DNA of 64,000 nucleotides, taken from Perna viridis. Its lineage: Eukaryota. Shown piece after piece: positions 40,101 to 55,100 of the stretch (its first letter is position 1; every line of letters starts with the position of its first letter). The stretch lies in contig CM074523.1 in NCBI GenBank assembly GCA_037379345.1, positions 24,954,995-25,018,994 on the forward strand. The letters run 5' to 3'. A program made the translations under genes and the position numbers. The notes under the pieces were generated by a model that had not been told where the DNA came from, did no database searches, and saw only the letters and a list, made by a program, of their open reading frames with translations.

Positions 40101-43100
40101 TTGGTTCTAATACAGTCAGTTAACTATTGATTTCATGAAAGAACAGTGCTAGGAAGAATCCCAGAAACTTTTTTTTCCTCACACCATGTGGTGGCCAGAT
40201 ACTAAATCTGGAATGAACTGATTACCATAGGCAAGCGGAATATGCAACTTTCACCCTATCAGTACTGTAACAAGTTGTGTACGTGAAAAAAGTCAGCTAC
40301 ACTGTCTAATGGCTAAGTTATTATTTTGGTTCTATTAGAGTCAGTTAACCGTTGATTTCAATCAATAAAAGTTCAAAGCCTCAAGTTTTAATATGGATGA
40401 GATATGTACAATGGTCATACCACTATAATCTTGACAATAATAATGTGGTCATACTTATAATAACAGATGAAAGGTTACGATTTGAAATATTTATTAGTAT
40501 TTTGCATGAAATAGACATCAAAACAAATACAAAATATGATAAATATCATCGTCTGAATATAGCTGAAATATTGCTGCTCGGACATTAAACCCCAACAAAC
40601 AAACAAACAAGATAAATATCACTCAACTATTACCCTCTCATGCCTCTATCAAAGCAATAAAAATTTCATTACTTTAAAATTCAAACACTGAGTGTACAAT
40701 GGACACAAAAATGGACAAACTCTAATATAAGAGAATGCCTCTTTTGCATGGATTCAATGATCGGTTGGCATATTCTTGGTCATGTTATCCAATCCAGGCT
40801 AACATGACCAGATTTTGGAGTATACCCATTATTCTGCTACCAATTTTTTGTAAAAGTTTTACTACTTTCTGTTTACAAGCACTTGTCAAACTGGAATTAA
40901 TCTAAATGCATTACTTTGTTAAAAGATATTAAACAAGAAGTAATCCATTACATATGTACCAGAAAATTGCCTGCCTGTGTCAATAGTCACGAATCAAAGT
41001 TACACCTTTTGAACACTTACTTGTCCTTTATACCTTTTTAAGTTCCAAAAAAACTTAACTACCTTACAATTTCAAAATATCAACAGATCTACCAAACAGA
41101 ATGGTACCATTCTCAATGGCCACTCTTGAGTTTTGTTACAGACAATGACAATTTTATTGTTCTGTATTTTACACAATTGTCACATGATATATATAGAAAA
41201 TTTAACACCAAATAAACAAAGCCAGTTCTGCCAAAAAAAAAATATGAAAAATGCTGCAAAAAATTACTAACTAAATTTGGAAAATGCTGTCAAATTCAGC
41301 ACCTGCAAAAAATGGCTCAAAAGGCAGTAGCTCAAAACTTACCAAAATATTTCAGGGTTTCATCGATCTGTTCTGTGGTCAGTTCAAGATCTTCATCAAT
41401 TGGTATCAAAGGAGTCTGAATCCAGTCATTATTGTCATAACCACAGAAATCAGTGATGCTGTCAGATCGTAACCTGTATTTGGGAATCTGTTCCTCGATC
41501 AAGCTGAATATCTCAACTTCAGGAAGGTTGGCACTACTGCAAACCTCTGAAATTGAAAATATATAATGAAATACCACTTTTTTGATATTTTAGAATACAT
41601 GTACATGTAAATCAATTAAAAATACATTTTTAATATATATTCTACAGAGGAAGAAAAAAATCATCAATGCTCATGAGATTGCAAGATTCTCAACATACAT
41701 TTGCAAGTACAGGTATCTCAATTTCTTAATGGAAATTTGCACCATAAATTCAAACAGTATTGAGCTAACAATTGCAAAACAATAAACCTTGCAATGACTG
41801 AGAAAAACAATGCTCTAGACAATTGGCACTTTTGACCTCCTATATTTTAAGTAGGTGTACTTTTACCATATCAGTGCTTCTCAATAAATTATTCCAGAAA
41901 AAGGTAGACAACCCATTATCAAGATTTATGCCTCAACATGAAGCCTCAGTGATTCACTGTCCAATAGATCACCAAAAAATCTCTATGAGGTTAAGCAGTT
42001 TCAAACCTGAGTTTCTAAAACAACTAAATCTTTAAAATCTATTTTATACATACTGTTGCTAAGTATGGAGATTTTCAAGGGCCATTGTGAGCTTATTCAT
42101 GATCCAAAATTTTTCCTGCATGCTAAAGTGAGCTTTTGTGAAATTTTAGCTTCGTGGTTTATTATTACAAGGAATAGGAACAATGCTTATTTCGATAGTA
42201 CATTTGCTTGTGTTTATCTTAGACAAAAAAACTGTGAAAAAATAGTACACTCGAAATTATTTCTAACACTATCTTTAGATGTTTTCAAAGGCACCAGAGT
42301 CTCAGCTGTATGATTGTCTCTTTGGCAATAAAACCACATGGTCTATATTTATTTGGTTAAGTACCATACTACATGAAAAAACATCCCATAGTTGTAATAT
42401 CTACATGTATGTTAACATGCACTTTAAATACATGTATAACATCCTTGCATAAGAAACAAGATCAGTGTAAAACCATAAAATGTATGTTTTTTATAGATAT
42501 CGGTGTCTAAACTTTATAAAAAGTTGAATGTCACATCAGAAAGACTTTGCTAAATTCCTTCATGTTTGTTCAGCTACAAGCTTAAGTACAAGTATATTTC
42601 TATGTATATAAAAAATACTTGAAACTTTTTAGCTATAATTGAAATTTGTCTCCATATATTCATTCCTTGCATACCTTCTTCAGGTTAATCTAACAAAGCA
42701 AAAATCCCCCCCTATTTTTTTAAGTTAATAATTTTGTTTTTTTGGAACACAGGCATGTTACCTGCTTAACCCAGATCTTGTAGATCCTGTTTGTTATACA
42801 AATAACAGGATTTATGATGCGACCCAGAGTGGTGACATAAAACCCAGATAACTCTTAACTCCTAACTCGCCTACTTTCTTTCCAAGAAATATATCTATGT
42901 TATTTTTAATGCCCCTAAAGTGCATGCAAGGACGCCACGTGATCAATAATAAAATGCAAGTTTTGTTGTAGGTCAAACTTTGGTTCAGAAACGCCCAATT
43001 TTCTTGGTATAACCAAATCTGCACATGACAGAGAGTTTGTTTTGTTTATACTAATAATCTGCCTTGTGATGTTCTACACAGCATGTGCAGGGTGAAGAAT

Positions 43101-46100
43101 TTGTTTAGTCAACAATTACCCATATGAGGTTCTATGTACCAATAGCACTAGTTTTCAGCTTAAAGACATTTCAACAGGCATTGCTTGTGCAACTGATGAT
43201 GTAAAAGGTATGTATGAAACTGGTGCAGGGGCCACTATGGAAGTGGATTGTAGGTAATAGTCCCTTTACTTTTTTCAATGGCCCTTGCTTTTTTAATGCC
43301 ACATAAGGGGGAGGGGGCAAAAGGCCCATTTTTAATGTTTATGTCTTGATTTCAGTTTGCATGTCTTCTTTTTTAAGAATTTAACTTATAATCATAGGTT
43401 ACATAAAAAATTCCCATTACACTGCAAGTAAGTTACACTGATGTTATGTATTGTAAGAACAATACTTTTTTATGCATTTTTGGTGCCCTTAGTTTTGAGT
43501 TAACATGAATCTCAAAATGTAGTCTATTTGCTTGAAAGTACCACTTCAAAATTATCCCAAACTTCTTTTTATTTCAGCTTTTGAGGTTCCAAATTGCTCA
43601 TTTATTTCTAATTAGAATGGGTAAAATGTATGTCAATCACCAAAACCTAAAATACTCACTTACTATAAAGGTTGACTCAAGGTGTCCCTTTTTGCTTTTG
43701 GGTATAATTTTCACAAATCCACAGGAAATTTGATGCAGAAGCTGGTTTTAAGATTTATTCCAAGCTTACAATCTTTATGAAAATATTGTATAATACATTG
43801 ACCTCTGTTAGAAGAATACTGTAAAAAATAAAAATTATTGACGACCTCTTCTACATTTTCTATGAAATTGCAGGTATACGATATTTGTCACAATACCTGT
43901 TCTACATTTGTGTACATCTAACACTAATTATCTATCTGACCATAGTTTAGGGCCTGGGTAAAATATAGAAAGGAAGGTGAAAATGGAGAATCTGTCAAAA
44001 GTTAACAACCATACCATTGTGAAAAAAAATCAGAGATACAAGTAGCCTTACTCTATGGGCCTTCAAGGAATGGTGAGAATTTTCCCCAACAGACAATCTG
44101 CCTTTGACAGATGTGTGAAAGTTTAGGCCAACACTGAAATAGACCTGAAAATTGAAAATTGACAGTGCCATGGAATGGAAAACAAGATCATAAGCCTACC
44201 TTTTCATAGAACTTCATAAAAAAATCACAATATCAAAGACTTTTAAATTCTCCAATGTTTTACATAAAAATATTTAATTTGGGATCAGGGCCACCCACAG
44301 TTACAGGCAGGTTATCAGGAGAGATAACTGTTATTTTCCACAAACCATGGTTTGAGTAAACATAACCTGATTTTGACCTATATTAACACATAAGCTATCC
44401 ACATGCAGTAGTGACGTTTTTTATCTACAGCATACCTTTATCCCTATAATAATTCAACGGATTATGAAAAGCCCTTCCTTGAAAAACTTAATCTTGAAGA
44501 CTGGCCAAACAAACACATCAAAGACTATGACATAATTTGGAACTCTTACCGATCATTAAAGTAATAAATAAATGCACATGCAGAAAAAATAATCCTGGTC
44601 TATCCTAAAAGGGCATTACTGTCAATTAAAGACCTTCGAATATAATCATAACATTTTGGGCCATGTTACTTATGCCATTGAAGATGACAACTATTATAAT
44701 GGTGAAGATGGAACTGAACAACTTTCCAAGTTAAGTATGTTACAGATTTACCATATATCTTTTTAGCCTTTAATTTTTTTTATAAATATATCACAATGTG
44801 GCAATGCTCATGGAAAAAGTACTGTAAACGTATATATTTTCACAGTTGCTAATTTTCTGGGATTCTGTCAAGTGAACATACTTGCGGTTATCAATTTTAG
44901 CGATTTAAAAAAATAATATTTGCATTATATAATGTTTAAAATCAATTTCGCGGGTAATTTTTTTACGTGTTTTTCTTTCCATCATGAAAATAGCAAAAAT
45001 TAGTGCACCGCACATTAGTAAGTTTACAGTAATCAAGACATTCCTATCTATAGACCAATCCAGTTCAAAGCTTTCTTTAAAATTATTGTTATTGTTAGTA
45101 ATTATTACAGTAAAGTTAATACTTTATTAAACTGGAAGAGAATGAGGAGTTTCAAGTTCTGCTGAAAATTTATTGACTGAATTTGTAACAACAGAGCTTG
45201 TTTTCAACAGTGGTTCTCAATTTTTTTTTTCAAATTGACACTTTAAACTGACAGAAGGGGGCTTAAAAGATTAAGATAAAACTAGAAAATACATTGGTCA
45301 ATTCCAGTTCAATAAGGTCAGAAATCACAACTATTGTCCATAAAAGGTCAAGATATTTTTTAACTGACATAATAACTTACATGTACATTTCTGGAGATAA
45401 AATAACTTTTGATTGCTATATATTTTAATTTGGGGTGTTAAAATAAATATGTCAACTCAGTAAGCAGTAAATTTTTCAAATCAAAATGGCAGTATAGTAT
45501 GCACATCTTCACTCTTTAACAATACATCTAAGCCAAAAATGGAAGGAATCTGTTAAGCAGTTTCAGAGGAATAGAGGTCATATGGTTCAATAACGCCTAC
45601 AAAATGTAGACATATGTAGACATATGATAACAACTATCTTCTCTTAGAAATATATACCGGTACACATACAGTCAAACTTCACTCGCTCAAACTTGGATGG
45701 CTTGAACACCCTGGATTTCTCAAACACAATTCAAAGTATCAAAATTTCCCCCTACATTATCAATATAAATAACCTTGGATTTCTCAAACATTCAAACCGA
45801 CGAGTCGGTCTGTTCGATAATAAATCTTAGAGAATAACCCTCACTAACTCGTACTCGTCAGCCATTTTGTCAGCTTGGGTAATAAATGGTGTGGAAAACT
45901 GAAATTCTACGGACTTCAATTTCTGGAACTTCCGATAACTCAAACATTTTTCAATGGTCCCTTGGAGTTCGAACTATGGAGGTTTGACTGTATATACAAA
46001 AAATTTAGGTTATAAGTCAATAAAACTAATGCAGTTTAGGAGGAGATGCAAGAAATGTGGACAAGCGGACAAACACACTTTAATTCAGTATTGTTATAAA

Positions 46101-49100
46101 AAATATAATTCAAGATAAGCATTTAGAATCAATCGGGCAGTGTACCAAAATTTCAAGTATGACTGGCAAGATTTATGTTCTTAATCAATATGAAAAATTT
46201 CTGCTTAATTAAAAATTCACCACCTCGTGTCAACAAAGGTTTGAAGTATATGATACATGTAATATTCAGATAATCTACAAGTAGATAGAATTAAACTAAA
46301 ATATTTCTGAAGTTAAAACAAGAGCACATATACACATTTTAACTGAAGTGGTCTTGTAATCAGTAAATAGCACTCAAACCAGCATGAAAAAGTAGAACAA
46401 ACATACCAATATCTCTTAGAAAAATTTAAGTACCCTGACCTCTTAACTATTTTTAGTAAAAAAAAAAAAGGGATAACCAGTCACTGAAATGGAGATAACA
46501 AGAATTTTAAAATTTTGAAATACCATAGTTGGTTCCCATTTCTTTGTAGTATTTATGGCCAAAAACAATAACAGTTTCTGTGTTTAAATTCCTGTACAGA
46601 AAAATTTTTAGTGCCATGAATACATAAGGATAATATTGAGAAATATTCATCTAGAAAAAAAATAAATAGTCAATTATCCCATCATCTTCAAATAATCTAT
46701 CAAAAATTAAATAATGCTATAATAATTCTCATTATATGACTTATATAAAATTAATAGCCATAGAAATAGTCTTTCAATATTGTGCATTTTATCAAAATAA
46801 TAGTTTTCCATAGAAAGGGAGGTAACACCAACAGTAAAAAAAAATGAAAATCAGATTATCTCCCTTACATCAGTAATTCTTACTTTTTTTCATTTTCAAC
46901 TTATATGTATGTGTAACAACAGGAAATACAGGAAGTACATGTTCATGTATGATATTGATCCTCACTTTTACATGTATTTTTTTCAACAATTTCACAGTTG
47001 AAATTCTGTGATAGACTTCCAAAGACTTATCTACTTGTATAACCATTTGAAATCTAGTAAATGTACATGTACATTGTACATGTACTTTCATAGTAAAGTA
47101 AAGTATGTGCATACTGGAGGATACATTGCATTAAATAAACTTATCAGAAACTAGTAATCTCTTTTCAAAAGATAAATTTTGTTGCAAAATTTCTGACCAC
47201 ATCAATTATTGAATGATTTAGGTCTTCACTACCATATAGACCTTCACATTCAATATACCAATCAACACTAAGATATTAATACAGCAGATAACCCATCTAA
47301 TCTAAATATATTCTCTACTTTATAACGATTAATTAAGAACTAAATGAGTAACAGGAGCCAAAACCATTGAATAAATTTCTGGTCTTGTACCAAAATCTCC
47401 CTACAGCTTGAAGACAAGCCAGGATATTTCTGATCGGTCTTGCATATGATTATTCTATACCAGTCCCAGTATAAGCCTTAGGAGGGACATTTAATACATG
47501 TATGTACATATTTCATGGTATGAAGATTTAATTACGTAATTAAAAGGGTTTTATTTCTCACAGGTCATTACAGTCAATTGACATGTGTAGGGGTAAAAAA
47601 TATAAGAAAAATAGTGAAATTTACATGCATGATAAATGTAAATGAATTTTAACTTCCTAACCAGGAAGACTTTACATTGTTCAGTGAGAATCTACACCTT
47701 AGACACAGACACACTGACAGAAATCAAAAACAATGCATATTGCTTCAATGGGCTCATGATGACCACAAAGTTTGCTTAAAGAGCAAAGAAAACCAGAAAT
47801 ATCTCGATCATAAGTATAGTTAAAAAGCAAAGAAACTTCAATTATAATACATGTATAATTACATGTATACATAAATAAACTAAGGAAAAATGAGTAACTG
47901 TCTTAGTAAATATTGACAACTAATGACATAGTTAATGTCGTAGGTGAAGTGGCAAAATTACATGTACCTTGATATAGATATTTTTGAGGTGGCAAAAGTG
48001 TAAAGAATGCTATAGTAAAGGCGGGAACAGTCTACAGATTGTTATAGCTGAGGTTGCAAAAGTGTGCAGATTTTATGGTAAAGGTGGCAATAGCGTACAG
48101 ATTGGCATAGTTAAGGTGTATACCTTGCTATAGTGAAGGGGACAATAGTGTACAGATTGGCATAGTTAAGGTATACACCTTGCTATTGCGAAGCTAGGCA
48201 ATAGTGTACCAATTGCTATAGTGAAGCTAACAATCATGTGCTGATTGCTATAGTGAAGCTGGCAATAGTATACAGATTGCTACAGTGAAGTTAGGCAATG
48301 GTGTACTGATTGCTATAGTTAAGGAGGCAATGGTGTACTGATTGCTATAGTTAAGTAGGCAATAATGTACAGATTGCTATAGTGAAGGTGGGTACAGATT
48401 GCTATAGTGACGGTGGCAATAATGTACAAATTGCTTTAAGGAAGGAGGCAATAGTGTACAGACTGCTTGCTATAGCAGAGGTTACAATATTATATATATT
48501 TAAGGAGACAATAGTGTAAAGATTGCTATAGCTAATGTCACTATACTGCTATAGTTATAGTATTTAAGGTTGCACTAATGTAATACATGTATTACTATAC
48601 AATGTAGTTAAGGTGGCAGTCGGTAGATATTGATATAGTTAAGGATCAGACTTTCTCAGTATTCATAAATTTACTTGGTATGCATACAACAGCTGTGCTT
48701 GATCAAATACCTTAAATGTTTTCTCATAGCCAAACACTAAGGAAACAGATTATAGTTATTGGGTCAGATGAAACAGCTGTAGTCGGCAGACCAGATCAAT
48801 ACATTTATTTATTTATTTCTGCAAATGTTTGTTTTGAATTAATCATTTCTTTCTTCAGCATCCAAGTTGTAATAAGCATACAAGCACAGATATACATGTA
48901 TTTACAACATTAACGCCATACGTGTACAACTCCCTAAACGCCATACATGTACAACTCCCTATTCACTTCAGATCTTCCTCGGTATATTAGGCTAAGCAAT
49001 GCTTCAATGTTTTTACCTTCCGTTTGAGAACGAAAAGGGTAGTCAAGCTAGGACATTAAAAAAATCTCAGTCAGGCAGTCACTATTTTTGTTTATGTTTT

Positions 49101-52100
49101 TGGTTGAAGTGGAGTAACTTTTTTGGCATTTCCCCAATTTTTTTTTGTATGGGACTTCCTGAACACTGAAAACAATACAATCCTTCCATGCTTTTAATAC
49201 ATTGTTTATTGATATTTCTGGTATTTTCTCTCTAATTTTCTATGCATGTCTAAAAAGTTGAATTCATGAGTGTTCAATTAACAGAGCTGAACACTTGATT
49301 ACCATTTGATCATTAACCGATCAGTGATCAATGATCACTGATCGATGATCAGTGATTGATGATCAGTTTGATTGATGATCAATGATCAATAATTGATGAT
49401 CAGTGATCAATAATACATGATCAGTTATCAATGATCAGTGATTGATGATCAGTTTGAATGATAAGTTTTGAGTACATTATATAACTGGTTGTATAAAGAA
49501 GATTTAATGAAAAGAACAAATTGCCAAATTTACAACAACAAAAAAAACATAAAGGACCTTTAACCTTTAAGGTTATAAGAAATCCAAGATGGTCTCACTA
49601 CATGTAAAGGAGTCCAATGACCAATCTAACCAATACTCAAGATAAGGCACTACATAAAGTTTGATAAAAAAGAAATATAAACCCTCCAAGGGATGTATTG
49701 TACAGTAAAATTTCTAGTATGGTCAATTGTTTTTGCAGTCTTTATTACAAATATAAGGCTTGGGTGACAGTGTTATTAAAATTTCATAAGGGCACTTTGA
49801 AACTATGAAGAGTGACACAAGGGCACCCAGAGGAAGGAATGATTTAGGTCTTTGAAGGTGGGGTACAGCACCCCTCTCTTTTATTGGCTTATTTTTGCTT
49901 TTAAAAAAGCCAAAAAGAGTGTGTAGTCATCATTATTGCTACTTAACAGTAAAACAAAACATAGAAGCATATCAGAATGTTGGTCACTTCCTCGTAATTT
50001 GGTTTTAACAACATCAGGTCCAAAAATAATACAGATTAAGTTTTAAATTTAAAAACAAGTACATGTGTACAACTTATGGGGTCACGATATTGATAAGAAC
50101 TCCCTATCAGTGAGTCCATTCAAATTTAAACCCTATCAATGATAAATTTAGACATGAGTATAAAACGTATCTTTTAAAATTACAATTTACACTGCATTTC
50201 ATGTAAGTTTGAAGATCAAAACATGGAAAACTGTATAAAAATATTATCTCACTAGATTAAAAAGAAGATTTTAAAGTATAAATAATTGAGTAAAATAGAT
50301 TTGGGAAGGCAGAAATTGGCTAAGGCACTAAATGGGCCTGTCTTTACCATCTTAGGAGAAAGAAGGTACATTTTACATGGTAATCAGAGTGAGCATCAGG
50401 GCTCACGCTACTGGGCAATTCAGGTAAAATAGTCGCCCTGAGTCGCTCACCTCGCCCTCAGACAACACCAGCATGCCAGTAAGATGATGTTCTTTCTATA
50501 CAATGATGAACATTAGAGATGTAGATTGATTGATTGATTTTAATCTTATAGCAAATACATGTATTTCATGCATTTCAGGAGAACAATGATCAATATTACA
50601 GACCCTGCCTTGGACTAGTCAAACTAGTCAGATTTCAAAAGAGCCTGGTCACAGAACCAACACTGTCCACAGGCACACATGGTATCCCATCAGACACGTT
50701 GTTCTGACTCTCAGCTGACCAAACGTTATGCAGTAGAAGTACAAACGTTAATGCCACAGATTGTAAGTATTCAGGGCCTAATTTAGAGGGATAAATGAGC
50801 AAAAACTTCTCATGGTTTGTGCTCACCTCTCCCTTTTTTCTTTGACAAAGAGAAGTTTATGTAAAAGATTACATCGACAAAAATGTCAATATTGTTATTT
50901 ATCAAAACAGAAATGAGAATTTACTCAAATGTTTTTTCTCCTAGTCATCAACATCTAGATTAGGCCCAGGATATTGTTTTGAACTTCAATCTTTTTGAAA
51001 AATTTCAATCAAGTTTTAAAAAATGCCTATAATCTACCAGTAGTTTCTCAAAATTATCGATTAAAGAATTAAGAAATTACATGTTCGCTGAACAAACAAG
51101 GGGAACTGATAGAAAATGAAAATAGTATAACAATTTTTTTTCTGGCCTTAAAGTAAGCTGAATTAAACATACATAAAGAATTCATTTTTGTAACTTCAGA
51201 GAAAAGAACTACATGTACATTGTATATAATTAGACAATAAACAAGTTTTGCTGACTTGCCCTATTTAGACTGACAGAAAAAACATGTATTTGTACATGAG
51301 AAAAGTTAAAACTATTAACAAATGGTAATGTTTCTTTGGCCTATTAAAAAATCTTTCATTTTCATGGTCTAACATGAATATGACAGTTCTAACATGTCAC
51401 CAAGGACATGCAAGGCATACAAAATAAAAACACCTGTTAATTGCAAAAAGTGCCCTGAATTAAAATTTATGTGAAGAAATTGTGCAACAAGGTACAAGAT
51501 GCATTGATGTGCACTCAATAAATACATGTACATTGTATATTATGCAACATGCACATGTATAACTGTATTTGGTGACTGATTGTTTCCTAAAAAACATGAT
51601 AATATTGAACTCGTGCATATTTCAATGCACATTCATGGGTCCTGTCTGCAGAAAGGGAATATTCATTGACATGTTTCTGAAAGAAACCCTGTTCAACCTA
51701 AGATTAGATTATTAGCATGCATTTGAATGCATGTTTTCATGCATCTACTGATCACATTAATTTAAAGTTATATACTGCACAATGCACTGGACATGTTTGG
51801 CTTAATAAACTGAATACGGTTATTCTGCATACTTTCTAATTTACAAGTGCATGTAGGATTTTTTAAACTTGTAATTTATAGGAAAATGCCCATTAAGGGT
51901 ATTGGTTTATGTAAATATACATGTACATTTTTGTACATGTATGTCATTGCACCAAGTGCAATATCAGCAAGAATGATCAATTACGATTTCCTTTTACAGG
52001 ATTCAATAACAGGAATAATTGGGAAGTAATTGGCAAAACTGGAAATACATGGTAAATATATAGTAAAATAAAGAATCATAACAATAAATTCCTGATTAGT

Positions 52101-55100
52101 ATAAGAGTAAATCCATGAATTTGACCAAAAAATCACTGCCTGGTCTGTACATACAAAAACCTAGAAGTTCCTACTCAAGATACAAGTTGATGGACAGACC
52201 ATTGAAATTTAAATAGGTGCAGTTTATGGGCTAGACTTTTCCAAATAGAAAGGCAAGAAAAAAAGTCAGAACAAGTATTGCACCAAAACTTAATTTTTGA
52301 GGTAAAAGATAAAATTAGAATTCTCAAATTTCACTGTTTTAGTGCTTCTTCATTAGTGTGCACTGAACTTTCACATTAGTAATGTAAAAACATCTTAAGA
52401 CTGCTTTAATGGTAAAAAAAAACAGAAATAAACTGAAGAAGGCAAAAAAATCTCTTTTGAACCTCATATACATGTACACGTATTACATTTTTTAACTCTA
52501 CAGTACCAGTACCTTGCATTAAAATTTATACATGCAAATTAAGCAACATGTGCATGTATACATCCATAAAGCCTTTGTTTCTTTGCAGTAAATGACTTGT
52601 TTATACCTATAAAAACCAAACTATTGACAATACAATGAACGTGACTCTACACAGGGAAACATGTCATAAATGACAAAGTACAATAAGGGCCGTTTTTGGT
52701 CACCTCTTCAAAAAACTTCATATATTCCTTATTAAAAGGCAAGGTATAGTAGCCCTCCAAACGTGACTCTACACAGAGAAACATATCGTAAAGGACAAAG
52801 TACAATAAGGGTCGTTTTTGGCCCCCCTCTTCAAATAACTTCATATATTCCATATTAAAAGGCAAGGTATAGTAGCCCTCCAAACGTGACTCTACACAGG
52901 GAAACATGTCATAAATTTAACATGGAATTTTAGTCATTTTTATGTAGGACACTAATCTAAAACAAAGAATACTGACTCAGCAGTGAGGGTCTAATAGCAT
53001 ACATGTAATATAATTTTGTTTGCTTGGTTGCATTTTATGCATATACAAACATTTTGCACATACACTTTGTAGGTGTACACATGTATGTTTTAGAAATTTT
53101 TAAATGTTTAGGTTTTAAACCTGAATTATCTTTTTGATTTTAATAATTTTTCAATAGCAATGACCATGATTTTATAATTCTCATTTCAGAAATGGATTTC
53201 TACATACAACATGTACACTACAAGTACATGTATGTTTTGTATCATCCCCAAGATTTTCTTATAGGAATATGGATGAAGGGTTGATATTATTTTTTTTCAG
53301 TTTTCATGTACATGTACCTAAATGACATACATTTTTGTACACTGTACACCTTCCTTTATATAGTACTAGTACAATCTACAGAAGGAATAATATAATGCTG
53401 AACTTACCAGTAACGACACCAATTTCCTTGGTCTCGCTCTCACTTTCCTTTACCCAGCTTTCCTCATTCTTCTCAGTCTCGGCTTCATGTTTAGTCTCGG
53501 TTACATCATCAATAGGAAATTCAACTGATTCCAGCTTGGATGATAAGAACGACCATTTACCGCAGATTTCGTCCGTACACAGATCTAGGAGGATATTACC
53601 TACACCCTGAAATCAAAACCAGATTCATATAATACAAATTACATTGTGCCTAAAGAATTTTAATTCCCTACCACTCAGTTTAATGTTTGTTTGGAAGACA
53701 AGCAACTTGTAGCCTTTTGTCCACAGCCACAAGTTTAAAAGCAAAAGTCCCATAACTCCTGTAAACTTTTTCTAATCAAATTGGCAGCAAAATATGATCA
53801 ACTATAAATGGTGACTAACTATCCTTCAAAATCTGAAAGAAGTCCATAAGGCGGTTTCTAAGGAATTGTGTCCACAAGTGTGATCGGACAGACGCACATA
53901 CAGAAGGCAGCATTTCTTAGACCCCTTTCCACATTACGGCAGGGGAAAAAATAATTCAAACATGGAGTTTTCTTTTTTCTAGATTTGGGTGCGAGTCACA
54001 GGAATCATGATTCTATGGAAGTTTCATTAAATCTATTCAGTGGTATAGAAGAAGTAATTGATAAGAAATAGGTATAAAGGGACACCCCTATCACTATACA
54101 TGTATATCCCCTCTACTATAATGTAGAATTAAATGATCTGGAAGCAGAATAGTTTACTGTAACCAGAAGACAAGTACATGTACATGTATGTTTAAACTCA
54201 ATTTAAGATGCTGCCTCATACATGTATGTATCTGTATGTTACATGTACATCTATATCAAAGTGTAATTACCAGACATGATTTTTTATAAAGCCATAAAAA
54301 GAAGTGGATAACCGTGAAATCTGAAATAAACATACAGTATGGTAAAAAAGAAATAGAACAAAAAAATCCAGAACTGAAAATGCAGAATTAAAGAAGAAAA
54401 TTATGTCCAAGATAAATCCATTGTATGACTTTTTAAAAATTTTACTCTATTTCCTCTCTTCCTAACAAATAGTTTATCAAAGTGATTATAATAGGATACA
54501 TTTTTGTATGTGTGTATACACTGCACTACATATGCTAACATTTTCTTTTCAGGAGGTACATGTACATTTGTAGCATGAGCTTTTACTGGAAGAGTAATAA
54601 AAAGAACCAAGATTATAGCAGTAATCAAAAGAATGTAATCCAGGAACAAAGACCAGTCCGGGTTAGACAAACGAGGAAAGGAAAACTATGATTCGTTGAA
54701 TAAATCAGTTTTCAAGGTGCAGATGGATACACCATAACGATCCACGAGTTCATGATGACAACCATAAAACTTCTGTAGTGATGACTTCAATCTTGTAGCA
54801 ACATAACCCTGTTCCAACCTATTTGTTAGAGTTCTAGCATGATACAAAAAGTCTGTGTAGTTTCGGCAAGCTCTGGCATAATGTACAAGTTGTGATATGA
54901 ACACTCCATCATAGGTACTGAAGGGATGTTGCCACTGATGAAAGGAAAGTTGACAATTCTGAATGAAAAGTCATCACATTTGTTGTAAAGTTTGGTCAAT
55001 AGTTTTCTTTTACCATCGATTTCTAAGTGTAGGAAGTATACATCAAAAGTGAAGTTGAAATGCTCAATAATTTTACTATTTACTAAAGCGTGACTAGTAT

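Noticed and set aside
17035-41342. Nested protein-coding gene in the large intron
   Set aside because: No chain of plus-strand exons or recognisable domain found by eye. The ORFs are short, AT-rich or repeat-derived.
52647-52907. 86-aa ORF with an internal repeat
   Set aside because: Translation of a ~122-bp tandem repeat, with no splice or homology support.
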